Positions 39,833 to 53,115 of a DNA stretch of 64,000 nucleotides are shown piece by piece (within the stretch, counting starts at the first letter, position 1; each line of letters starts with the position of its first letter). A model generated the notes under the pieces. The model did not search any database, had not been told where the DNA came from, and worked only from the letters and a program-made list of their open reading frames with translations. A program made the translations under genes and the position numbers. Source of the stretch: Octopus vulgaris (Eukaryota); the NCBI GenBank assembly GCA_951406725.2, contig OX597819.1, positions 126,294,001 to 126,358,000 on the forward strand, in the 5' to 3' direction.

Positions 39833-40032
39833 CTTGACAAGAGGCAAATTACCTCGAAACTGCAGTCCGTGCGTATCGCTTAGGTTTACGAGAAGGGATG
39901 ACCTCCCTTTGCAAATATCATAAGGGCACAGAAAGTGTGCCTAAAGCCAGCTGGAGACGATGATCTCCTGGGGCTAAAAGCTACAGTAACACCCACCCTT
40001 AGTGGTTAGCCATATTGATATGGCTAGTATAC
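39833..40032 (+). ncRNA. Degenerate hammerhead plus multi-hairpin module (structural homologue of 27460-27667)
   Basis: tTGAcaA gagg-caaatta-cctc GAAAC tgca GTC (ACTGCAGT palindrome), then five hairpins in the same order as 27517-27667. Confidence 0.55.
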
Positions 40033-40400
40033 TTTACGTTGTCGAGCGGTTACTGTTTACATCTCGTTCAGAGATTTATTATTGCCATGTATATATCGTT
40101 TTCGGATTTGGTTTGCAAGATTCTTTATATGAGTTCGTGTGTTGAAGCATATTCTGTTGTGTCTGGGGAGAGTCATTCTAAAATACCTTTACATGCCACA
40201 ACAAGTAAAATCATATTTAAAAGCAGAAGAAAACATCTTCGGAAAAAATAATGGCGCATCGAAAAAACAAATTTAAATCTATAAGAATATTAGGTGTGAT
40301 ACCGACATATTATGAAAGAGGATCTATGTTTGTATGCATGTAATTGTCTCTGTATTCCTCGCTACATGTGCATTAGCGATTTTGTGCGTTTCTGATTATT

Positions 40401-40772
40401 GGATGGAAGCACTCCGTCGGTTACGACGACGAGGGTTCCGGTTGATCCGAATCAACAGAACAGCCTGCTCGTGAAATTAACGTGTAAGTGGCTGAGCACT
40501 CCACAGACACGTGTACCCTTAACGTAGTTCTCGTGACACAGAGAGTGACAAGGCCGGCCCTTTGAAATACAGGTACAACAGAAACAGGAAGTAAGAGTGA
40601 GAGAAAGTTGTGGTGAAAGAGTACAGCAGGGATCATCACCATCCCTGTCGGAGCCTCGTGGAGCTTTAGGTGTTTTCGCTCAATAAACACTCACAACGCC
40701 CGGTCTGGGAATCGAAACCGCGATCCTATGACTGCGAGTCCGCTGCCCTAACCACTGGGCCATTTCGCCTCC
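40401..40772 (-). mobile_element. SINE-A + tail type 2
   Basis: TSD TCTGATTATT at 40391-40400 and 40773-40782. Confidence 0.92.
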
Positions 40773-40827
40773 TCTGATTATTAAGGACAATCTGTAAGTA
40801 TCTGTGCGTGAATCATTCAATGTGAAA

Positions 40828-41829
40828 CTGTGTGTTCTTCTGAATACCTATTTGCAAGCCCAGTTCTGAGTCACATCAAAATCTCTCGTCGAAGCGTCAC
40901 CCAACCAAATTACAAATATATGGGAAACTACCACCTGTATCATCTCTTGTGAAAGGTAGGAGAGTCCAGTTTGCTGGACATTGTTGTAGAGCTGAAAACG
41001 AGGTAATTTCTAATCTCCTCCTCTGGAAGCCATCTGCTCGCGATACAAGAGGGTGCACACTCTCCTACCCTGATGTAATCTCCAGGGATACAAGCATCCA
41101 GCAACAGGACCTCCGTAATGCTATGATGGACCGTAAAATCTGTGTGTTCTTCTGAATACCTATTTGCAAGCCCAGTTCTGAGTCACATCAAAATCTCTCG
41201 TCGAAGCGTCATCCAACCAAAGTACAAATATATGGGAAACTACCACCTGTGTCATCTCTTGTGAAAGGTAGGAGAGTCCAGTTTGCTGGACCTTGTTGTA
41301 AAGCTGAAAACGAGGTAATTTCTACTCTCCTCCTCTGGAAGCCATCTGCTCGCGATACCAGAGGGTGCACGCTCTCCTACCCTGATGTAATCTCCAGGGA
41401 TACAGGCATCCAGCAACAGGACCTCCGTAATGCTATGATGGACCGTAAAATCTGTGTGTTCTTCTGAATACCTATTTGCAAGCCCAGTTCTGAGTCACAT
41501 CAAAATCTCTCGTCGAAGCGTCATCCAACCAAAGTACAAATATATGGGAAACTACCACCTGTGTCATCTCTTGTGAAAGGTAGGAGAGTCCAGTTTGCTG
41601 GACATTGTTGTAAAGCTGAAAACGAGGTAATTTCTACTCTCCTCCTCTGGAAGCCATCTGCTCGCGATACCAGAGAGCGCACGCTCTCCTACTCTGATGT
41701 AATCTCCAGGAATACAGGCATCCAACAACAGGACCTCCGTAATGCTATGATGGACCGCGAAGTCTGGCGTAACATAGTAAATTCCATTGTCTTGACCACG
41801 GTCGAACGATGATGATAACTGAGTCACAT
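40828..41829 (+). mobile_element. RTE-like LINE 3' end, tandemly triplicated (312-bp unit)
   Basis: Units at 40828, 41140, 41452; RRVQFAGHCC..LLLWKP..MMDREVWR; (GAT)n tail; TSD CTGAGTCACAT. Confidence 0.9.
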
Positions 41830-41960
41830 GTGTATTTGTTTGTTTAGATTCAGAAACGGAGAGTGAGGGCAGCGTGGGGCGATTGGCATCAACGCACAAA
41901 GTCAATACTTTGATAGTTGTCAATTTTAAACGTATCAAATTTTTTGAAGTACATTTGTGC

Positions 41961-42358
41961 ATAGGCGCAGGAGTGGCTGTGTGGTAGGTAGCTTGTTTAC
42001 CAACCACATGGTTCCGGGTTCAGTCCCACTGCGTGACACCTTGGGCAAGTGTCTTCTACTATAGCCTCGGGCCGACCAAAGCCTTGTGAGTGGATTTGGT
42101 AGACGGAAACTGAAAGAAGCCCGTCGTATATATATATATATATATATATATGCGTGTGTGTGTCCTCCTAGCATTGCTTGACAACCGATGCTGGTGTGTT
42201 TATGTCCCCGTTACTTAGCGGTTCGGCAAAAGAGACCGATAGAATAAGTACTGGGCTTACAAAAGAATAAGTCCCGGGGTCGAGTTGCTCGATTAAAGGC
42301 GCTGCTCCAGCATGGCCGCAGTCAAATGACTGAAACAAGTAAAAAGAATAAAGAAAGA
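41961..42358 (+). mobile_element. SINE-C, full-length reference copy
   Basis: tRNA-like head (GTGGCTGTGTGG; GGGTTCAGTCCC), CCTTGGGCAAGT motif, internal (TA)(TG) microsatellite, A-rich tail. Confidence 0.92.
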
Positions 42359-42473
42359 AGAAAAGAATATACGTTTATTACGTATGTACGTATGTCTGAG
42401 TGAGATTGAATTAATGTATGTATACCTGTGTATATATGTAAGCATGAAAGCGTGGGTAAGAGTGTGTGTAAGT

Positions 42474-42509
<36 letters not shown>

Positions 42510-42873
42510 GTGGTTTTATAACAGAAACACATATTTCCTACTGCAGCGACATCAGATGTATGTGAAGCTTTTCCCCTTCGCATTGCTCATTTGTTGTCGT
42601 TCATGCATGAATAACAACCGACGCAGGCAAACCTCTTTTATGTTTATATTCTTATATACTTTTATTTTTCGCTAGTTTCAGTCATTGCGCTGCAACCATT
42701 ACTTATTTCAGGTGGCTACTTATATTGGAATTTATTTGTCGAACCGCTAGGTTGTGTGAAATAAAGAGACACGACACATTGATATACACACGTCACTCTC
42801 TCTTTCCCTCTATCTATTTCTCTCTCTCTCCCCTATCTGTCTCTATTTCTCTGTCTCTCTGGGTGTGTATGTT

Positions 42874-42905
<32 letters not shown>

Positions 42906-42941
42906 GTAAATGATCGTAGATGGAATATACGAGAATTTATT

Positions 42942-43031
42942 ATTAATCACGACAATTGTTTCGACATATCTTGCATCGATCCCTCACGTGGAGCATCCGG
43001 CGGTGCAGATGTGTCTCATCGGGGGATAAAT
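42942..43031 (-). ncRNA. Degenerate type-I hammerhead motif
   Basis: RC: atttatccc cCGATGA gacacatct...agatatgtc GAAAC aatt GTC gtgattaat; palindromic ACAATTGT stem III; core U->C change. Confidence 0.6.
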
Positions 43032-43187
43032 AGACACAACTCGTTAGAATAACGGTTCTGCAATGTATCTTTTCGTTTCGTTGAAAGAAAAGCAGCAAAA
43101 CGAAGGAAATATCTTCATTTATGATAGAAGATCAAAAATAGGATCACAGATGCAAAAAAGAAACGAACACGCAGTACAGCGAGAAAA

Positions 43188-43264
43188 GTATGTATGTATG
43201 TATGTATGTATGTATGTATGCATGCATGTATGAATGTAAGTATGTATGTATGTATGTATGTATG

Positions 43265-43295
<31 letters not shown>

Positions 43296-43621
43296 GTGTA
43301 TGTATGTATGTATGCATATATATATGTATGTATGTATGTATGATGTATGTATATATGTATGTATGTATGTATGTATGATGTATGTATGTATGATGTATGT
43401 ATATATGTATGTATGTATGTATGTATGATGTATGTATGTATGTATGTATGCATGTATGCATGCATGCATGTATGTATGTATGTATGTATGCATATATATA
43501 TGTATGTATGTACGTATGTATGTATGTATGTATGTACGTATGTATGATGTATGTATGATGTATGTATGTATGTATGTATGTATGTATGTATGCATGCATG
43601 CATGCATGTATGTATGTATGC

Positions 43622-43654
<33 letters not shown>

Positions 43655-43808
43655 TGTATGATGTATGTATGTATGTATGCATGCATGTATGTATGTATGC
43701 ATGTATGTATGCATGCATGTATGTATGTATGCATGCATGAATCTATGTACGTATGTATGTATGTATGTATGTATGTCTGCATGCATGCATACATATATGT
43801 GTGTATGT
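43188..43808. repeat. (TATG)n/(CATG)n microsatellite, ~620 bp
   Basis: Direct inspection. Confidence 0.97.
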
Positions 43809-44624
43809 AGCAATTACAGATATTGAACCTGCATATAATGCGCATTAGTGCATGTCATACATGTTGAACCATGTTTAATGCTATTAGTTTTCAATAATTT
43901 TGTCTCCATGTGAATGATTTCTGAATGCTCATAACTCAAATTGCACAGTGGAAGACAAATGAGAACGTATAAGGTTCATTGTTTTCTCAAAGAGAATCTC
44001 TGTGTAAGTCAAAGGAAATAACTTCAACGGAGAGACGACTCAACGTGGAGTTAAGTTTATAGGAAGTTTGATAGTATGTGCTTATTGAATTCTCTCCCCA
44101 CTTCCATAATACCTTGGTTGTTATTTTTATTGATCCATAGGGGTTACGATGCGTAAAGGTAGACCGTGAGCTTAATTTGAATAAAGGAAAAGAAATACAG
44201 AAAAAATAGCAAATAGTAAAGTCTCCACCATTCCACTGTTTTCGTTTGTTCCTTAATAAATCAATGAGCTGAACAATTAGTCACTTCTCTTCCCAGCAAT
44301 GAACAAAGAATAGACGTCACAGATCCAGTCAATGACAAATAGCCATAAGAATAGAGTCAATTACTTGTGAACGGTGGAGCGAAAGCCTTATTATGTGATA
44401 CTTTTATTTAAGTGGATATATATTTGTTATCGGATATCTTCGAACAACAACTAAACATTTTACATCTCCCCAATCTGTTACCATAGAAATTTAAAACAAA
44501 ATTCAATATATAACGAATTGTCAGAAACGCCAGCGACTCGGACGAAATGGCAGAAGCGTGAAAGGGGCAGATTAGCTTGCAACACTTTTTTAGCTTGGCC
44601 TTTGCGCTCTGTGATATAAATCCC

Positions 44625-44896
44625 ACCATGGGATTTTAACAATCGCCTTCAGGGTTGGCGAAAGCGATGTGGTGGACAACGAAAAACCTGGCTGATGACA
44701 GTCAAGGCTGATCTGGAACCCAACCTAGACCCTCATATCTACGGTGTTCGCCGCTGGAATAAGGAGTGGTTGAAGATCACGCGGTCGTTAGCCTCAAATT
44801 GCCAGGTCTGGTCAGCATTTGTGAGAGATGCAGCATTGATTATGAATGAAGCCAGCTCAACCCACCCCGGGTGAACGCTGTCAAGTCAAGTCAAGT
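44625..44896 (+). mobile_element. RTE-clade LINE 3' end
   Basis: GWRKRCGGQRKTWLMTVKADL..YGVRRWNKEW..WSAFVRDA..HPG*, followed by (CAAGT)3. Confidence 0.8.
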
Positions 44897-45403
44897 GAAA
44901 TTTGTCTTTGACCCTTTTCAAATCGATAGATAAAGTACGATTCCAGGGGAGTGGACTGGCAGAATTGCTTGAATGCTGGTCATGGTACCTTACATTATTT
45001 CTTTCTGTTTTCAGTTCAAATCCTGCCGTAGCCTGTCATCCGGCATGGAAAATCTTTGAGCCATACCATGTACACACAGTAAAAAGAAAAAAACGCGACA
45101 GTATTAAGATAAGCCGTAGTATTCAACCTGTTGCGTGAACACAATATTTAGAGGGACATATTGTTTGACAACTTCAGGTTTTTTTAGATTATGATGTAAT
45201 AACCTTTTGAGTATGGATACAAATGCGGATTTATAATTTAGGTGGCGGGCTGGGGGCGAATTTGCTGGTTTCGAATAATCTACATATAAACGTTCTTATT
45301 TTCACTGATTTTGAAAGTTGGCAGGTGATAACTTCAGCATTGCATTTTTCTCTATTTTAAACCATTATTCTCTAGTGTATTCGCCAGAGCTATTACACGT
45401 ACA

Positions 45404-46069
45404 TATGTGGTCCGATCAATAAGTATACGGACTGTTGCTATAGTAACGAAGCTAAAGCAAGGAGAGTGAAGCCGCTTGACACAGATTCACCTTGAATTCT
45501 GATGTGCATGCACTTACTTACTTGTACTTGTGACGACATTCACCATGGGCGGGATGAATCGGCTTCTTCCACCACCCTCGAGGTATCACAAACCATGGCA
45601 GCCCACGCACGACGGTCCTGTGCCAGTTCACTGGAGATAGCGAGCCAGTCACGGTCCCATCGGCGCAGGCCGATGTTGCCATTGTATTCGCCATTGAGAA
45701 TTCATGGAAGAAGTTTCGTGGGAATACGTGGATTTCACAACCGGTCCCCAACAATCCCGCATGTAGAGACATCCTGTTTGCCGCAGATTGTCCGCAGACG
45801 CAGGGGCAGAACGACCGAGGAGCCGCCGGTTGCCGAAGCAGACACTCCGAGAATTTTCACCAGAGCCCCATCTGCAGGATTGTGGCCCTAATACCATTCG
45901 GTGTCAGCCCAATCCGCCTTGGGTGGCCCTACCAGGAACCGAAGTTCCCGACGGCATAGCTATGACACTACCTGAGTTCAAGGTCAAAGTTTGCCAAGCG
46001 GCTTTAATCTGCGTGCTTTAGCTTCGTTCCTATGGCAACAGTCCGGATACTTATTGATCAAACTTCGTA
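45404..46069. mobile_element. Mariner-type MITE with ~95-bp TIRs and a central insertion
   Basis: GATCAATAAGTAT(A/C)CGGACTGTTGC..ACGAAGCTAAAGCA..AAGCCGCTTG..CCTTGAA inverted at both ends, TA flanks. Confidence 0.85.
45512..45969 (-). mobile_element. Non-autonomous bipartite RTE derivative
   Basis: Paralog of 31051-31380 with a longer 3' coding remnant GLRRWDRDWLAISSELAQDRRAWAAMV. Confidence 0.8.
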
Positions 46070-46217
46070 CGTACGTACATACATACACACACGCACGCAT
46101 GCATACACACACTCACTCACACACACATATATGCGCGCGTCGAAATAGATATCTATATATGTGAGCTTGCATGTTTGTATATACGATTTATGAATGTAAC
46201 TATGTATGTATATGTAT

Positions 46218-46612
46218 ACTAGCTGACGTACCCTGTAATTCCCGGGAAAGCGGGGTTTATCTCTTGGTTCCGTTCTCATAATTGTTTCGCTAATCTTATA
46301 ATAACAATACAAAGTATGTAGCCCTTAAAACGGTTTTTGTGCATTTACAGCAAATACCGAACTGTCTTACAGAGGATCTTGTTTTTAGGAATTCCCAATA
46401 AGTTATGAATGCACAAATTGTGAAGTCAATTATGTAATAGCATGAAATTAGTTACGCGATAGTAAGAGTTCAAATAAAGTAGCCCCGAATATGGCTTTAA
46501 TGCATTCCCAGAGTATATAGAACATAGGAGGAAATACTAATAAGGTATGAATACTAAAATCGTGAAGTATATTACGTAATAACAGGCTAATCAGATATGA
46601 GATAACAATTCA
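46218..46612 (-). mobile_element. Probable Helitron 3' fragment
   Basis: RC ends in an imperfect hairpin (CCCG..GGG) then CAGCTAG|T; internal subrepeats. Confidence 0.45.
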
Positions 46613-46614
46613 AA

Positions 46615-46782
46615 TTACGTTCTGAGTTCAAATTCTGCCGAGGTCAACTTTGCCTTTCATCCTCTCGGGGTCGATAAATTAAGTACCAGTTACGCACTGG
46701 GGTCGATATAATCGACTTAATCTGTTTGTCTGTTCTTGTTTGTCCCCTCTGTGTTTAGCCCTTTCTGGGTAGTATAGAAATA
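46615..46782 (+). mobile_element. SINE-B, headless monomer
   Basis: TTACGTTCTGAGTTCAAATT..GGGTAGTATAGAAAT. Confidence 0.88.
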
Positions 46783-46905
46783 TATATCTCATAGGGATAT
46801 GGGTTACCCGACCAGAAGAAAACTGAGCCCCACCCGCAAGGTCATGCGCTATTTATCTTGTTATGAGATCACCATGTCGTGCACATATGGTTGTGATGCA
46901 TGCGC

Positions 46906-47185
46906 CGACATTTTTTCGGCCATCTTGGAAACGTCTAAATCATTCGTACACTTGTATACGGCACATACACTCCTCTCCATACACTTTCTGCAACTTTGCG
47001 TAGACCTCTGAGCAGGTATCGCCACGACAACTTTCTCTGTCATAGTGAATGCGACGATCACTCGCTACACACGTTCCTTCCAACCACTGCTGTCAACAAC
47101 GGAAGTGAGCTAGAACGTTAAAACTTTGTGCACATACACAGCGGAGTTCAAGGTCATATTTTGCCAAGCGGCTTTAATCTGCGTC
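46906..47185 (-). mobile_element. Mariner 5' end (TIR part + HTH remnant)
   Basis: GDTCSEVYAKLQKVYGEECMCRIQVYE*FRRFQDGR; shares GAGTTCAAGGTCA..GCCAAGCGGCTTTAATCTGCGT with the MITE TIR at 45974-46014. Confidence 0.75.
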
Positions 47186-47842
47186 TCCAGCAGGATAGTC
47201 TCCAGCAATGTAGCAATTTTGTTTTGGAACTTTAACAATGCTAAGTGCCTCAGGTGAGAGGGAAATAAAATCGAATTTCGTTTTCGTAACTACAACCATC
47301 TTCGGATTAGACATCGCTGTTATGTTAGTGAAAAAGTGCTCAATACTCAAAATATTTTCTTTCTATGTGTTTATTCATTTGTAACGATATTCTTGACATC
47401 GCAAGGAAACAGAGTTCACATTTTATACATTAGATTCTGGCGTGCAATTGTCCGCTAGTTCTTTGTAATGTGATGCATTGTATCTTTGTAAGCACCCGAG
47501 AGGTATAGAACGATGAAATGTTCGCGATAGAATATTTCTATTTACAAGGAGCTCTCAATCAAGTCCCTTTAACGCATTTTCGTATTCTTTAATTTTCTTC
47601 GACAATGCCATTGATATTGAATGTTTTAGATGTGGTATATGGAAATATCCACTTCCAATTTCGTCAAATCCCGTTACATCTTGGTTAAACGCTTTCTCCT
47701 CGTTTTATATTTTCCTCGGGGATCAACCGACCTCTGTTCTGGAAGGACAACTTTTATTAACTCTATTCTCGTGTTTTTGTACATTTTGATCTCGACTAAA
47801 TTTTCTTCTTTAATTGTTGTTGTTCTTGTTATTTAAGTCGGA

Positions 47843-48041
47843 AAGGTGGCAGAATCGTTAGCGGGCCGGGCGAAATGCTTAGCAGTATTTTCTCTGCCGC
47901 TACATTCTGAGTTCAAATTCTGCAGAGGTCGACATTGTCATTCATCATTTCGGGTTCGATAAATTAAGTACCAGTTGAACACTTGGGTCGATGTAATCGA
48001 CTAGTCTCCTCCCCACAAATTCCAGGCCTTATAGTAGAAAT
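47843..48041 (+). mobile_element. SINE-B (tail variant 2) ending in (ATT)n
   Basis: GGCAGAATCGTTAGC..GAGTTCAAATTC..CCCCACAAATTCCAGGCCTT. Confidence 0.85.
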
Positions 48042-48042
48042 G

Positions 48043-48137
<95 letters not shown>

Positions 48138-48154
48138 TATTATTATTATTATTA

Positions 48155-48201
<47 letters not shown>

Positions 48202-48514
48202 GTTGTTATTATTATTATTATCATTATTATTATTATTATTGAGTGATCCTTTTGTCGATTATCACACATGTTCTTATTTTTTTATTCACCACAACAATAT
48301 CTGGTTTCCGATGTCTGGCTGGGCGATCGCAGTGGATTATTGCATCCCAAAGAACTTTGAAGTTCTCATTTTCGGTGATTCCTTCTGTATTCTGCATTTG
48401 TCATTATCGGTAGAGTTGTCTATTCTGCACTTCATATAGTTGGTCCTGAGATGCGCATATGAGTGTTCCTGTCTTTATCTTCAGGTTACTTCTCCCCATC
48501 CATAGCCACCAGTC

Positions 48515-48577
<63 letters not shown>

Positions 48578-48579
48578 CA

Positions 48580-48649
<70 letters not shown>

Positions 48650-48650
<1 letters not shown>

Positions 48651-49210
48651 TTTGAGTGAGAGAGCAGTGCATACCATCAAAGTGACACTGAGGTAAAATA
48701 TACGAAGCCCAGTATACCCATCATGACTACCCGTCTGATAAGGGTACACCAGGCACATGCATCACAACCATATGTGCACGACATGGTGATCTCATAACAA
48801 GATAAATAGCGCATGACCTTGCGGGTGGGGCTCAGTTAGAATTTTCTTGTGGTCGGGTAACCCATCTCACCCAAAAGGTCCCTGATTGAGGGTTGTTTAA
48901 GGATGTTGAATGAAACACCCATGTCTCCAAAGGTGAATTATTCAAATCCCCAAGAATTCCTCTCAACACATGGCTATGATGCTCCCCCACTACTTCTGCT
49001 CGTGATCAGAGATGCACATATCGTCAGCCACTGAAGGACATGCTTAACCGGTTATGGTCAAGCAACTGACAAGCAAATCTGTGGTATTGAGCAGAATATT
49101 TGCTGCAGCCCATCTTTTATACCAAGACAAAACAATGTACATGATAACACTTCCAATCAGTTAAGATCAGAAGCCATGAGAGCCACTGCCTGGTACTGCA
49201 TCAGAGCAAA
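48650..49210. mobile_element. Unclassified non-coding interspersed repeat embedded in (TTA)n
   Basis: Partial copies at 46795-46905 (opposite strand) and 63822-64000. Confidence 0.7.
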
Positions 49211-49213
49211 ACG

Positions 49214-49272
<59 letters not shown>

Positions 49273-49835
49273 GAAAAGCCATGGCTTATTTTGCTGTGTA
49301 TGATGGAAAGTATCAGCTGTCCTCCACAGCCAGCAGACTAAGGTGATACTTGTTTACAGATCATGCTTCAAGAACTTTGCGAAGAATTCTTGCAGTTCCA
49401 AGCAATGCTGATTTCTGTAGGTGTTCTACCTTCACACCTGCACTAATCTTTTACAACCATGTTGGTAGCTGAGTGCTGGTTCTTCCAGAGCACCAAATTA
49501 GTTATTGATTTTTTTTCTTCTTTCACGTTAATCCTTTTGTTACCGGGGCATGCTATGTCGATTATTACACATGTTCTTATTTCTTTTATTCAACACAACA
49601 ATATCCGTTTTCCGATGTCTGGCTGGGCGATCGCAGTGGATCATTGCATCCCAAAGAACTTTGAAGTTCTCATTTTCGGTGATTCCTTCTGCATTCTGCA
49701 TTTGTCGCTATCGGTAAAGTTGTCTATTCTGCACTTCATATAGTTGGTCCTTAACGCTTGTTCCTGAGATGCGCATATGAGTGTTCCTGTCTTTATCTTC
49801 AGGTTATATCTCCCCATCCATAGCCACCAGTCCAT

Positions 49836-49838
49836 TAC

Positions 49839-49892
<54 letters not shown>

Positions 49893-49898
49893 TACTAC

Positions 49899-49967
<69 letters not shown>

Positions 49968-50021
49968 TACTACTACTATTATTATTATTATTATTATTAT
50001 TATTACTACTACTACTACTAC

Positions 50022-50081
<60 letters not shown>

Positions 50082-50087
50082 TACTAC

Positions 50088-50120
<33 letters not shown>

Positions 50121-50126
50121 TACTAC

Positions 50127-50180
<54 letters not shown>

Positions 50181-50219
50181 TACTACTATTATTATTATTA
50201 TCATTATTATTACTACTAC

Positions 50220-50253
<34 letters not shown>

Positions 50254-50273
50254 GTTATTATTACTACTACTAC

Positions 50274-50309
<36 letters not shown>

Positions 50310-50327
50310 TACTACTACTACTACTAC

Positions 50328-50366
<39 letters not shown>

Positions 50367-50432
50367 TACTACTACTACTACTACTACTACTATTATTATT
50401 ATTATTATTATTATTATTACTACTACTACTAC

Positions 50433-50474
<42 letters not shown>
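49836..50474. repeat. (ATT)n/(ACT)n microsatellite, ~640 bp
   Basis: Direct inspection. Confidence 0.97.
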
Positions 50475-50476
<2 letters not shown>

Positions 50477-51080
50477 GAAAAGCCATGGCTTATTTTGCTG
50501 TGTATGATGGAAAGTATCAGCTGTCCTCCACAGCCAGCAGACTAAGGTGATACTTGTTTACAGATCATGCTTCAAGAACTTTGCGAAGAATTCTTGCAGT
50601 TCCAAGCAATGCTGATTTCTGTAGGTGTTCTACCTTCACACCTGCACTAATCTTTTACAACTATGTTGGTAGTTGAGTGCTGGTTCTTCCAGAGCACCAA
50701 ATTAGTTATTGATTTTTTTTCTTCTTTCACGTTGATCCTTTTGTTACCGGGGCATGCTATGTCGATTATTACACATGTTCTTATTTCTTTTATTCAACAC
50801 AACAATATCCGCTTTCCGATGTCTGGCTAGGCGATCGCAGTGCGTCATTGCATCCTAACAGATCTTGCAGTTCTCATTTTCGGTGATTCCTTCTGTATCC
50901 TGCATTTGTCGCTATCGGTAGAGTTGTCTATTCTGCACTTCATATAGTTGGTCCTTAACGCTTGTTCCTGAGATGCGCATATGAGTGTTCCTGTCTTTAT
51001 CTTCAGGTTACTTCTCCCCGTCCATAGTCACCAGTACATTATTATTATAATTATAATTATTATTATTATTATTATTATTA

Positions 51081-51148
<68 letters not shown>

Positions 51149-51149
51149 G

Positions 51150-51193
<44 letters not shown>

Positions 51194-51312
51194 TTAAGTT
51201 TGACTTTTGCTTTACAAGTTGGCTCCAAGTCTCACCCAGAGATCTCAAGAGACAATAAGTTAGAAGTTCATGTTGGTGTTATGCTTAGGGTACCATATAT
51301 TTGGCTTTGTAC

Positions 51313-51780
<468 letters not shown>

Positions 51781-51830
<50 letters not shown>

Positions 51831-51861
51831 CACTACCACCACCACCACTACAACCACCACC

Positions 51862-51894
<33 letters not shown>

Positions 51895-51905
51895 CCACCA
51901 CCACC

Positions 51906-51946
<41 letters not shown>

Positions 51947-51956
51947 CACCACCACC

Positions 51957-52012
<56 letters not shown>

Positions 52013-52094
52013 CACTACCACTACCACCACCACCACTACAACCACCACCACCACCACCACTACTACTACTACTACTTCCACCACCACCACCACC

Positions 52095-52135
<41 letters not shown>

Positions 52136-52142
52136 CACTACC
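51781..52142. repeat. (ACT)n/(ACC)n compound microsatellite
   Basis: Direct inspection. Confidence 0.97.
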
Positions 52143-52199
52143 AAATCAGGTCTTCTAGCTTCTATTACTCAGTCTGAATGTTAAAATCTCACATCTTAT

Positions 52200-53115
52200 A
52201 TTTCTTACTTTCCAGTACTTTACTAGTATGTTCAAATCCTAGCATTACAAGTATGTTCAAATCCTAGCTTTCTACATAGCTCTCAGTGGATTGCTTTCCC
52301 TAGATTGTCATATCTTTCGCGTATTCTTTTTGCGCCAGCATGCTACATTCACTTAATATTTGTGTAACGCTTTCCTCTTGTGATTTGCATTATCTACAGT
52401 AAGAATCTACTTGGGTTTTGCCTATGTTGGCTTTTATCCAATTAGTCCTTAATGCTTGATCTTGTGCAGCTGCTAACAAACTTTCTGTCCCCCTCTTCAG
52501 CTTCCCTTTTTGCAACGATAACTATGTCTCACCAGTACTATTTGCTGCAACTATCTTTTGAGAATCTACTATGCAACGCCTTCTCCTGCCAGTCAAATAC
52601 TTTCCGTTCTTTTTCCTGGTTTTTAACTTCATTTGGGTTTTTGGTTACCTTATGTTTATTATCATTATTATTATTTTACATCTCAGAGCTCTCAGTCTTA
52701 ATTGCTCTGGCTGATTCGGTGAGAGCGGACAACAACCTGCTGTCAGCGGTCTCACAGATTTTCTTTCCAGAAATCATAAGCTTTGGTACCTGAATATTAA
52801 CTTATTGTAAAGCCACACATCACCTAAGCAAGCACCAATCTCAAAATCCTAGCTGTCCCCAATAGAGATTTTTTTTGGGGGGGGCTACTCTGCTCTCGTG
52901 TCAATTCCAGTTTCTCCGACATATTTTTCGAACCTGGTTGTTAGTGCTCCGACTGTCTCTACAACTACTGAGATAATAGCTACTTTCTTCATTGCCCACA
53001 TTCTTGCAATTTCGTCTTTCGGTAGTATATATTTCTTCATCTTTTCCACCTCTTTCTCATATACGCGTGCATCCTCAGGTATGGTAATATCTATTATTGC
53101 TATTTGATCAACCAC
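52200..53115 (-). mobile_element. Two further Dong/R4 fragments
   Basis: AAQDQALRTNWIK..CR*C..ESVTQILSECSMLAQKEY (52300-52480); IIDITIPEDARVYEKEVEK..KY..EIARMW (52885-53115). Confidence 0.8.

Larger units (their letters stand above)
48243..51040 (-). mobile_element. Three internally deleted Dong/R4-clade LINE modules (48243-48517, 49272-49836, 50475-51040), each bounded by (TAA)n
   Basis: LICASQEQALRTNY..CR, RHRKTDIV, CVIIDIACPG, LQKSALLGTARILRKVL*; shared 5' break point. Confidence 0.85.

Noticed and set aside
39895-39935. SECIS element (ATGA..AAA..GA), considered because some PLEs encode selenoproteins
   Set aside because: Helix II pairs poorly and the homologous copy at ~27530 lacks the ATGA
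43115-43845. Long ORFs (also 4488-5117, 49641-50545, 60944-61664, 8968-9283, 14697-15191)
   Set aside because: Translations of microsatellites (YI/HT/CV/poly-I/L/H/M), open in several frames on both strands
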